Part shown: positions 55,495 to 64,000 of the stretch, one piece after another
How the letters are laid out: every line of letters begins with the position of its first letter
Position numbering within the stretch: position 1 is the first letter of the stretch
DNA from: Sporopachydermia quercuum
Taxonomy: Eukaryota
NCBI GenBank assembly: GCA_001599295.1
Contig: BCGN01000011.1
Coordinates: 1-64,000, forward strand
Length of the DNA stretch: 64,000 bases
Direction: 5' to 3'
The notes under the pieces: model-generated
Databases searched by the model: none
What the model was told of the DNA's origin: nothing
The model's input: only the letters and a program-made list of their open reading frames with translations
Program-made: the position numbers and the translations under genes

Positions 55495-57486
55495 ATGGAG
55501 GATATCAAAGCAAGCATCCTAGGTGAAACGAAGGGCTTGTCGTCTCGGAATGACGCTCTTAAGGAGATACTAGTGGACGCAGTTTACGAAAGATTACTAG
55601 GAGCCTTCTTTCCATCCGGAGATGAGGCGGACTCAGATGACAACAAAGAAATCACCACCGAAGAATTAGCGGAAAGAAGGGCTTACATAAATGCACTACC
55701 TTTTATTATGATAATGAACTTTGATGAAGATGTCAAGTATAATGAAGAAATGTTTTACGATCTCAAAAATGATGAATATGCACGGAAACCATTGAGTTTT
55801 GATGAGTTAGAAGAATTTGAAGAATCTATTTCACCTCCTGTTCCTGATACTGGGTTGAAGAGAGCTATGAAAAGAAAAAGATATGTTGATATTGACAACG
55901 TTTTAGCCAGTACGGGTGCATTTGGCCCATGGATCCACCCGATGGAAGCGAATACCTCCTTCGGCGGTAATATGTATTATAGGAGAGACTTCAATCAACT
56001 ACAGTTAAGAAAAACGTTAAGTCCTACTGCTTCTGGTCATAGAAGCCAATTTATGCATGTAAAATCTTTGGATCTCACAACTCCTTTGACTCCCTCTAAT
56101 TTTGGGAGAGTTAAAATTCTTTACGATGATCCAATTTATAACCTCGAATATTCAAAGTCTGGTAAGTGGTTCCTCACAAGCTCTCAAGATTTTTCAAATA
56201 GGCTTTATAAGCAGAAGGACAATGGTGAATACGTTTTTCACGATTCTTTTGTAATGGGCGCTCAACGGTGGACTGTGACAGATAGCAAGATCAGTCCGAA
56301 TGAAGAGCTTATTGCTGCTTCATCACTTGTGCCCGATATCGCAATATTTGCCATTGATGAAATGACTCCTTTCGAAGCAGAAGGAGCCGATAATGCTCCA
56401 ATATCAGAGATTGATGTTACTGGGTTGTTTCCTAATGGTGTTCCTGCCAGTATATACTCTACATCTTCAAGAGACTACAACTATTCGGCTTATCGTATTT
56501 TTGCTCTTGATTTTTCCCCCGATAGTAAAAATATAATCAGTGCAGTGTCAGGTAAAAGGGAAGCTTCCTTGTGTCTAACAGATTTGGCTACTGAGAAAAA
56601 GATTCACGAGTTTAAGAAAGTCCATGGTGTATTTGATGCCAATGCAGTGAAATTTCTTGACCCCACATCGAACAACTTGATTATATCGGCTGGTGATGAT
56701 TCAATGGCTAGACTATGGGATATAAGAATGCCGGGTGGTCCCGTTGGTTCATTTATAGGACATTTCGAAGGTATCATGTCTTTAGACTCCACTGAGTCGG
56801 GAGACTATATATTGACTAATGGTAAAGACGGACTAGCTAAATTATGGGATAGGAGAAAAATGTTCTCTGGTAAAGGACCCCTGATTGCTCGTAGCTATAC
56901 GAATACTAAGTCCATCAGATTTGATTATCGAGATGAGAATGATTCAGTTTCAAATCTGAGATCACACGATTTTAGCAATGAGATACGATCATTTACTGGT
57001 CAAAAGGCATCACGAACACGAAACCAAGCAAAGTTCTCACCGTTAGAAACCACCGGACAGCAGTACATCTGTATTGGTAGTAGCTCGGATGCAGCAAGGA
57101 TTTGGCGCATAGATGGCTACTCGGTTGCCATTTGTTCAGATTCACTTGCCTTCCGAAATGGTGATTGGTCTGCCAGTCTAGCCTTGAACCACACTACTAC
57201 ACCAATGGCTCCACAGTCGTATCCGGTTGATAACGTAGTTGAGCACTACAAGTGTGTTGCATGGCAACCTCAAGGACGTTCACTTACATTGGGTGTTTGC
57301 GATAATACTGTAGGTGCAGTCATCGATTATTCTTTGAATCCCCATTATTGGTATTACAATACTTGGGGGAAAAACTATTATGATAAATATGTCTATGAGC
57401 GGTCGGAATTCAGAGATGATGATGATATCGATACTGATGGTTATAGTTCTGATGAATTTATTGAGGACTATTTTGAAAGGGATTGA
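55495..57486 (+). CDS. DCAF11: WD40 DDB1-CUL4-associated factor 11 (WDR23/LEC14B-like)
   Basis: 'SSQDF', 'RWTVTD', 'DANAVKFLDP', 'SAGDDS..RLWDIR', 'PVGSFIGHFEGI..DS..SGDYILTNGKD...KLWDRRKM', 'FDYR' and 'FSPLETTGQQYI'. Confidence 0.85.
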   Translation: MEDIKASILGETKGLSSRNDALKEILVDAVYERLLGAFFPSGDEADSDDNKEITTEELAERRAYINALPFIMIMNFDEDVKYNEEMFYDLKNDEYARKPLSFDELEEFEESISPPVPDTGLKRAMKRKRYVDIDNVLASTGAFGPWIHPMEANTSFGGNMYYRRDFNQLQLRKTLSPTASGHRSQFMHVKSLDLTTPLTPSNFGRVKILYDDPIYNLEYSKSGKWFLTSSQDFSNRLYKQKDNGEYVFHDSFVMGAQRWTVTDSKISPNEELIAASSLVPDIAIFAIDEMTPFEAEGADNAPISEIDVTGLFPNGVPASIYSTSSRDYNYSAYRIFALDFSPDSKNIISAVSGKREASLCLTDLATEKKIHEFKKVHGVFDANAVKFLDPTSNNLIISAGDDSMARLWDIRMPGGPVGSFIGHFEGIMSLDSTESGDYILTNGKDGLAKLWDRRKMFSGKGPLIARSYTNTKSIRFDYRDENDSVSNLRSHDFSNEIRSFTGQKASRTRNQAKFSPLETTGQQYICIGSSSDAARIWRIDGYSVAICSDSLAFRNGDWSASLALNHTTTPMAPQSYPVDNVVEHYKCVAWQPQGRSLTLGVCDNTVGAVIDYSLNPHYWYYNTWGKNYYDKYVYERSEFRDDDDIDTDGYSSDEFIEDYFERD

Positions 57487-57518
57487 TTGAGTATGACACA
57501 GAGCTTTATAGACTAAAG

Positions 57519-57896
57519 AAAGGAAAAGGAAAAGGAAAAGGAAAAGGAAAAGGAAAAGGAAAAGGAAAAGGAAAAGGAAAAGGAAAAGGANNNNNNNNNN
57601 NNNNNNNNNNNNNNNNNNNNNNNNNNNNNNNNNNNNNNNNNNNNNNNNNNNNNNNNNNNNNNNNNNNNNNNNNNNNNNNNNNNNNNNNNNNNNNNNNNNN
57701 NNNNNNNNNNNNNNNNNNNNNNNNNNNNNNNNNNNNNNNNNNNNNNNNNNNNNNNNNNNNNNNNNNNNNNNNNNNNNNNNNNNNNNNNNNNNNNNNNNNN
57801 NNNNNNNNNNNNNNNNNNNNNNNNNAAAGGAAAAGGAAAAGGAAAAGGAAAAGGAAAAGGAAAAGGAAAAGGAAAAGGAAAAGGAAAAGGAAAAGG
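57519..57896 (+). repeat. (GGAAAA)n microsatellite spanning an assembly gap (N 57591-57825)
   Basis: About 12 copies are visible on each side of 235 Ns. Confidence 0.95.
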
Positions 57897-58466
57897 AGAA
57901 GGAGAGGGAAAAGAAAGAATGTCGTTCAAATGGATTGAAGGTAAGGATTAAAGATCATGGATTAATTTTTAGGTGTACGTTATATATATTATTTTGAAGA
58001 ATGGATAAGAAATGGCGAATGAAAGCGTAATAAATAAAGAATTATCAATAGTGCGTATTAATTGATGGATATAGGCATCTTCAGTAGGTCATGTAAAGTG
58101 TGATAACTTTCTTACTGTTGATGATGATAATTTGCTACACCCGGTTTCCCTTAACTCGCAATCTTACAGGTCAGGTCATAAAATGTTTTCAGAAACCATT
58201 TAGTGGTTATTTAATCACACTCTTTTCCTACCCATATATCAAAGAATATTCGAGCAATATAATATAATAAACAATCTAAATTCTTCCAACATAATTATTG
58301 TTATAAGTGAAATACAATCGTATTCAAAAAATAAAGTATGTTTTATACAAACAAACTACAGCGATTGTTGGGAACAGCTAAGTAACAAACAGGCTATAAT
58401 AGCAGCTAATTAAGTGGCAATTTGAATATGAATAATATAAATAGATAGATAAAATTCTTATACTAC

Positions 58467-58467
<1 letters not shown>

Positions 58468-58512
<45 letters not shown>
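58468..58512 (+). repeat. (AAT)15 microsatellite
   Basis: Directly visible. Confidence 0.95.
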
Positions 58513-58513
<1 letters not shown>

Positions 58514-59069
58514 GCTAGAAGAAGATTTGATGATATTTAGATAACTAAGAAAAGATAAACAAAAATACATAATTATTGATATTGTAAGCAATAACTTATC
58601 ATCATGGATATCAGCGTTCAAGTTACCAGGGGTTTTCCGAAGATAAAGAATCCCTAAAATACTAACCAGATCCATGTCCCACGTGATAAAGTTCTTTTGC
58701 TCCCTCTCGAGCATATCAACACATAACGTCCGATAACAGACAATATATTACGTATTCAGTAATTATCTTTGTTTCACATTGGGAAGCTCTCTCAAAGATG
58801 CGATTCTTATGAGGAAAGAACTGGAAGTGCACTACATTGTATTATGAACTGTTTATGACTGACTTATTTCAACCATTGTCTCATATTTTAGTTTAAAGCA
58901 TTCAGTTGTCTATTTGATTTATCCTTGGTAAGCCTTTTATTGTCGACAGACTGTGGAAAGTGTAGTGTCTAATGAGAAGCCAATATAGAACCAGTTTGAT
59001 CTTTTTTATACACCAGCTTTTACGAATTGGTAAAAGTGATGAGTAGTTAGACATTGATAATATCAGACA

Positions 59070-60197
59070 ATGAGGTTACCTATAACGACGATTCTGCTTC
59101 TATTAGGAGCAATCAGCTTAACAGAAGCTTCACGAGGCGATAAGTTGACAGAGTTCAAAAATTGCGTCAAGAATTGTATGCATGTTTCCTGCCCCAACGA
59201 GTATGAAGGATCCAAGATATACAAAAAGCTCAAGAAGAAGAATGAGCATTACATACCACAGATTCCGCCTGAGGATCAATTGGAATTTGATGATTTACCT
59301 TTGCCATGGTATTTTAGATTATTCCGATGGTCCTGTGAAGACAATTGTGACTATCAATGCCAGTGGTATGTTACAAATGAAAGAGTATTCAAAGGTAATA
59401 AAGTTGAACAGTTCCACGGGAAATGGCCATTTACTAGATTTTTTGGGATTCAAGAACCCGCATCAATGATTTTCTCAGTTCTCAACTTTATCTCTCATTA
59501 TTGCGGCTACAAACGACTTACTGAGTTGAAAAAGCCTTTTCCTGGAACAGAAACGGACGATGAGATAATGTTATGGTATTATAAAGCAACAGGAGTTGTC
59601 GCTATGAATGCATGGTTATGGTCTACTATATTCCATACTCGAGATTTCAGTTTTACTGAGCATATGGATTATTTTTCCGCTGCACTCACAGTTTTATGGG
59701 GATTAGTGATAGCAGTTATACGTTATTTTCGTTTATATCGTAGCGCAAACCAATTGGCCCGAATAGCTGTGTTGATTATCGCATCTCTTATGTATATCTA
59801 TCATGTGACAAGATTAACCCTTGACTGGAACTACACATACAACATGACAGCTAATGTGGTAGTTGGAATTTTGCAGAACATCACCTGGGTGCTACTATGT
59901 AAAGATAACTATGAAATAACTACAGCTCCAGGAGTAGTTAAGGGTTTACCGGTTGGAAGTAAGTACAGGTTTCTGAATGGGCTCAATAATGTGGAATGGT
60001 CGGTTTTCCCATTTGCCTTGCTAATATCTGTTTCTCTAGGCATGGGACTTGAATTATTTGATTTCTCACCTATATGGTTCATATTTGACGCTCATAGCTT
60101 ATGGCATGCTGCAACAGTTGTCCCTGGGTATTTATTTTATGAGTGGATGGCATGGGATTATAAGTTTATGCTGTATAAAAGAGGTAGAATAGAGTAA
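59070..60197 (+). CDS. PER1: GPI lipid-remodelling protein Per1 (PGAP3)
   Basis: Signal peptide then 'ASRGD..EFKNC', 'WSCEDNCDYQC', 'QFHGKWPF.RFFGIQEPASMIFS', 'AWLWSTIFHTRD', 'LELFDFSP' and 'DAHSLWHAAT'. Confidence 0.96.
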   Translation: MRLPITTILLLLGAISLTEASRGDKLTEFKNCVKNCMHVSCPNEYEGSKIYKKLKKKNEHYIPQIPPEDQLEFDDLPLPWYFRLFRWSCEDNCDYQCQWYVTNERVFKGNKVEQFHGKWPFTRFFGIQEPASMIFSVLNFISHYCGYKRLTELKKPFPGTETDDEIMLWYYKATGVVAMNAWLWSTIFHTRDFSFTEHMDYFSAALTVLWGLVIAVIRYFRLYRSANQLARIAVLIIASLMYIYHVTRLTLDWNYTYNMTANVVVGILQNITWVLLCKDNYEITTAPGVVKGLPVGSKYRFLNGLNNVEWSVFPFALLISVSLGMGLELFDFSPIWFIFDAHSLWHAATVVPGYLFYEWMAWDYKFMLYKRGRIE

Positions 60198-60454
60198 ATA
60201 CGATAACAGAAAAGCTTTAAGCATACTAGAGGAACAAGAAACCATGTTCAAATATAATGGAAAGCTTGCAGTCTAAGTATAAATTATATATAATAGATAC
60301 TTAGATTCCATTAACCGTTATTACATTTACCTTCAAGAAACATTGGCACTTGAACTATTGATACATATATGATCCATTGACCTATTATTTGATATTATAC
60401 TACCCATCGCTCTTCCCTTGTATCCATTAACCATCTTTTTTGGTTCTCGATCTC

Positions 60455-61201
60455 TTAATTCATACTTTTGAATTTTGATCGCATCGCTTTAAAGAATGGA
60501 AGCAGTTTTCTTGTTTGATTAAGTTCGGATAGTATCATATTCAACTCATTACTAGGTATTTCAGGACTGCAATATGGAATCGAATAGTCATAACTTGATA
60601 AATCCAAATTAAAAGCGTATACCTTTCCATGATTTATATTGTCAATATTTGTAAATTCGAATCTTAAAATATCAATTGAATTACCGCCAATGATTCTCAA
60701 GCTCAGCAATTGCTCGTAATTTTGCAACTGGGGAGAGTTCATCCGATGATTCGTGTTCAGCTGATTTCTCTTATTATTGTTGGTTTCTTGCTGTTGCTTA
60801 ATTTTGTTGATCAGTTGTTCTATTTGTTGATTTAGCTCTTCCTTATTACTGATCATCTCATTCTTTTTCACGCTTAGTGATTCGACCTGTAAACGAGCCT
60901 TTGAAATCTCTTGTTCTTCTCTCACAATCTCTTTGTTCTGCTCATCTTCCTTGCGACTGTATATTTCTATCTTCTCTATCAAATTCCGACAGTTCTCACT
61001 GTCCGATGCTATTTTGTTGTGGTACGCAGCTGAGGTGTCCAATACGTATTGTCTTTGCTTAGTTATAAATGAATCGAAATGATTTGCAAAAACTTCCATC
61101 CTTGTTTTGACAGGCTCAAACTCCAATAAGGATTTGTCCACACTTGCCAGTGTTTGGCTTTCATTGTTGATAGCTTCCGGAGCATATACTGCGGCTACCA
61201 T
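60455..61201 (-). CDS. SPC25: Ndc80 kinetochore complex subunit Spc25
   Basis: Long N-terminal coiled coil, then an RWD-like C-terminus 'YEQLLSLRI..DILRFEFTNID...YAFNLDLS..DYSIPYCSP...ELNQTRKLLPFFKAMRSKF'. Confidence 0.88.
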   Translation of the reverse strand: MVAAVYAPEAINNESQTLASVDKSLLEFEPVKTRMEVFANHFDSFITKQRQYVLDTSAAYHNKIASDSENCRNLIEKIEIYSRKEDEQNKEIVREEQEISKARLQVESLSVKKNEMISNKEELNQQIEQLINKIKQQQETNNNKRNQLNTNHRMNSPQLQNYEQLLSLRIIGGNSIDILRFEFTNIDNINHGKVYAFNLDLSSYDYSIPYCSPEIPSNELNMILSELNQTRKLLPFFKAMRSKFKSMN

Positions 61202-62280
61202 CGCTTGTTGATGTATATAATGTGATTGTTGGATAAATCAATTCTTCCGAGCGATTGTGCCCGATTTTTAAACGGTTATTCAATAGCTACAATTTCCAAA
61301 TTGTTGTTACACGGTTTCAATTATCTGTTGATAATCTACTGGGTGTTACCTAGAGGCTTGTATCCGTTGATCCACTTGCACAGAGGTAGAAGAGAGCATT
61401 TGATGTTTTCATGTGAGAAAACTGAAGTCCCAAATTGGAACGATGTAAACATAAATGTGTTTAATGATGAAGTAATCTAAAACAAGTAAAAAGAAATATG
61501 CATGGCAATGCAGAGTGGACTTAACCCATCACACAGATGATGACATTGTGTGACCAAAGAATGACACTTTCGAAAAGGCGGGGGAACATTAATCATAGCA
61601 TACTAAATATACAAGCAGAATATACAAGCAAAGTGTTGAGAGTAAAATTGAGATTTTATGTGAGAAATTTGATGAAAAATTAAATACAAACACCAAGATT
61701 AAAAGGTATTGAAAATTAATCGATGACAGTTATCAGTTGTTTGAAATCTACACATTTTAGTTCCGATTGCGGTAAACAACTCAAATAATTCATGTCATGA
61801 CAATAGTTATTCCGACTACTGAACAAAAAATTACAAGTAGTATGCAAGGATCTCAATTTTGTGACAAGTGTAGCACATATCATTCAAAGTTCATTTCCTG
61901 CAGATAACTAATCTTCAAATCACTTCAATAAAGAGTTGATGACCTTTCAATAATTCATTTTTTACTTTAATCTTACCTTTTTGAATTGTTCGTCTGAGAA
62001 TACCTCCCAACAGAGCATTGGTTGTAAGAAACCACCATATAATAGGTTGGGAGCTATGGTCTTAAGGACTACTTATTAAAGAGGTTCATATACATGGTTA
62101 ATGGTGCCTAATAAGGTTTCTCAATTTACCATATTCTTAATTTGAGTTAATCTTTTTGATGGACTTGGAGATAAATCCCGCTGTGCATTGCATAGACCCA
62201 CGATTATGTTCTCTTGCTGCAAATACCCAGTGTTTTTTTAACTGAAAATTTAATCTATTTATTTTATATTCAAACTAGTA

Positions 62281-62341
62281 ATGATTTTTCTTTCATATAA
62301 TGATAGGGATTCTCCCTATCATTATATGAAAGAAAAATCAT
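62281..62341. repeat. Perfect inverted repeat, 29-bp arms with a 3-nt spacer
   Basis: ATGATTTTTCTTTCATATAATGATAGGGA-TTC-TCCCTATCATTATATGAAAGAAAAATCAT. Confidence 0.95.
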
Positions 62342-63162
62342 AGTGTTGTAAGAAAGTTAATACAATTAAGCTTTCTTTAAACGGTTTCTCTAGTAACCTT
62401 AACCTTAATCACATCATCATTTCCTATTGAAAACCAGTTTCAGTTGTTAAGATCAACCTTTCAGTTTGTCACATTTCTAACCAATTTGTCATCTTTCAAC
62501 AACTCGTGTCATACTCATGAGCTCAACTGTCCTTTTCTATGTTAAACATCTTCCCGCTCTTTTTACCTCCCCTCGTTATATCTTCTGTGTCTGCTTGATT
62601 CTATATTTTATGAAGCATTCTTCTGTTAATGATAAATAATAGATAGTAAGAAATTTCTTCTCGTTATTAGAAATAGTAGCTTTAATAATCTCTCCCTAAG
62701 AACCCAACTCTTTTCTTGAAAGCTGTTAATCATTGCGAACCTGCTGTAAACTACTTCACAAAGGAGTCACATTCATTTGCATTAATAATCCAAGCATAAT
62801 CAGCTATCTGGTACTCAATTTGTACAAATAAACTACAGAAGAAGCTCAACAAAATTAATTGCATTATATAAACGTGTTCTCACATCATATTTGAATGTTC
62901 AACACGTATAACAAGCAATAGCAGCATCATTAATCATATTGATCAAAAACACATAGGGGCAAGATCGGAAACATACTCTAAGGCAATACTAGATGTCTCC
63001 AATCAATTAAAGAAAAGACAACATTTGATAGTATCCAGAGTTCTGGCCACAGGCATACACTAACAGTCAGATTAATCCAAAAAACTACAACAAAATAGGT
63101 ATATTTTATAGATATACTTAACTATAGACACATACTGTTGCACTAAACACAAATAGTCACTA

Positions 63163-64000
63163 ATGACATCAGTCCTACCTCCTCAAATGGGAGCACATTC
63201 TTCACCAATAACTGGCCCAGATGATGATGCTTTATTTACAAGGACGCGGCATCAGTCTGTTTCAACACCGTCCACGAGAACTTTTTACTCTACTAACTAT
63301 CAAACAATTGTTGATTCCCGAAGATCTAATAGTATAAGCTCAGGACTACTAGGAGCAGATCGAGCTATCGCAAGTGTAGCCGCTACGATGCCTTCGGCCC
63401 TTAAAACCTTGTCATCATCATTATCTACAGCAAATACAACTGTAATCAATGCAACAAAATCTCCTCGAGCTTCAAGGGCGAATACCACAAGCTCCACTCA
63501 TAGAGTATCGGTGTCAGTATCGGCGAACGATGATAGAGTAAGATTACTCACGTTTAACACCTGGGGACTGAAATACATTTCTCATCAACGTGAAAAACGT
63601 CTGAGGGCTATTGCTGATAAAATTGCAGCAAACTATTATCTATATGATATAATAGCTTTACAAGAAGTTTGGGTGAAAAGCGATTGGGAATATATAATAG
63701 AAAGATGTGGTGAACATTTCCCTTACAATAAGCTATTTTACTCAGGAATTATTTCAGGACCTGGGCTAGCAGTTTTGTCTCGATGGCCTATTGAATCAAG
63801 CTTTCTATATAGATTTCCCATCAACGGAAGACCCTCAGCATTCTTCCGAGGTGATTGGTATGTTGGCAAATCTGTTTCTATATCAGTTATCAATCATCCT
63901 AATCCTAAAGTTCCTCAAATCGCATTAATGAATGCCCATATGCATGCTCCTTATGGTGAAGGTGATGCTTCTTATTCCTGCCATAGATCAGCTCAAGCTT
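63163..64000 (+). CDS. ISC1: Inositol phosphosphingolipid phospholipase C / neutral sphingomyelinase Isc1 (5' part only; runs off the window and is absent from the ORF track)
   Basis: Open frame from ATG 63163 with a Ser/Thr-rich N-extension, then 'RLLTFNTWGLKYIS..REKRLRAIA', 'DIIALQEVW', 'FYSGIISGPGLAVLSRWPI', 'INGRPSAFFRGDWYVGKS' and 'NAHMHAPY'. Confidence 0.93.
   Translation, partial: MTSVLPPQMGAHSSPITGPDDDALFTRTRHQSVSTPSTRTFYSTNYQTIVDSRRSNSISSGLLGADRAIASVAATMPSALKTLSSSLSTANTTVINATKSPRASRANTTSSTHRVSVSVSANDDRVRLLTFNTWGLKYISHQREKRLRAIADKIAANYYLYDIIALQEVWVKSDWEYIIERCGEHFPYNKLFYSGIISGPGLAVLSRWPIESSFLYRFPINGRPSAFFRGDWYVGKSVSISVINHPNPKVPQIALMNAHMHAPYGEGDASYSCHRSAQA

Noticed and set aside
57483..57938. 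ORF-track ORFs with (KG)n/(KR)n or (FP)n/(SF)n
   Set aside because: These are translations of the GGAAAA microsatellite across an N gap.
685..63497. Numerous 60-170-aa ORFs antisense to or nested in real genes, and short intergenic F/I/L/Y-rich ORFs
   Set aside because: They are shadow frames of coding or repeat sequence, or chance ORFs in AT-rich DNA, with no recognisable motifs.

Overview
This is an AT-rich, gene-dense, intron-poor eukaryotic region, most consistent with a budding yeast (Saccharomycotina) outside the Saccharomycetaceae. It retains a respiratory complex I subunit (NDUFA8), an IFRD protein and DCAF11/WDR23, and CTG appears to be read as Leu. I can support about 24 protein-coding genes: IFRD-like, NUP57, NDUFA8, CTF4, COG2 (1 intron), RRP9, a small GPI/Ser-Thr wall protein, an orphan tail-anchored protein, CUE3/ASCC2, NSA1 (1 intron), SEH1, RTS2/KIN17, OMA1, COA1, a SKG1/SKG6-like membrane protein, a giant acidic surface protein, CTK1, a LicD/MNN4-like protein, a divergent nonaspanin (TM9SF), YEA4, DCAF11, PER1, SPC25 and ISC1 (cut by the window end). 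The most unusual item is a 3-exon gene at 35714-40593 (minus strand) that the ORF track splits. Joined, it encodes about 1546 aa with a signal peptide, a Cys-containing N-terminal domain I do not recognise, extremely Asp/Glu-rich repeats, Kex2-like KR sites next to cationic islands, and a hydrophobic C-terminus. Both of its introns are phase 0, begin GTATGA (an in-frame stop if retained) and use TTCTAAC branch points. Also notable are a co-oriented LicD/TM9SF/YEA4 Golgi-glycosylation trio and a perfect 29-bp-arm palindrome at 62281-62341. I found no tRNA, rRNA, CRISPR array or intact transposon. All family calls come from motif recognition by eye, not database searches.
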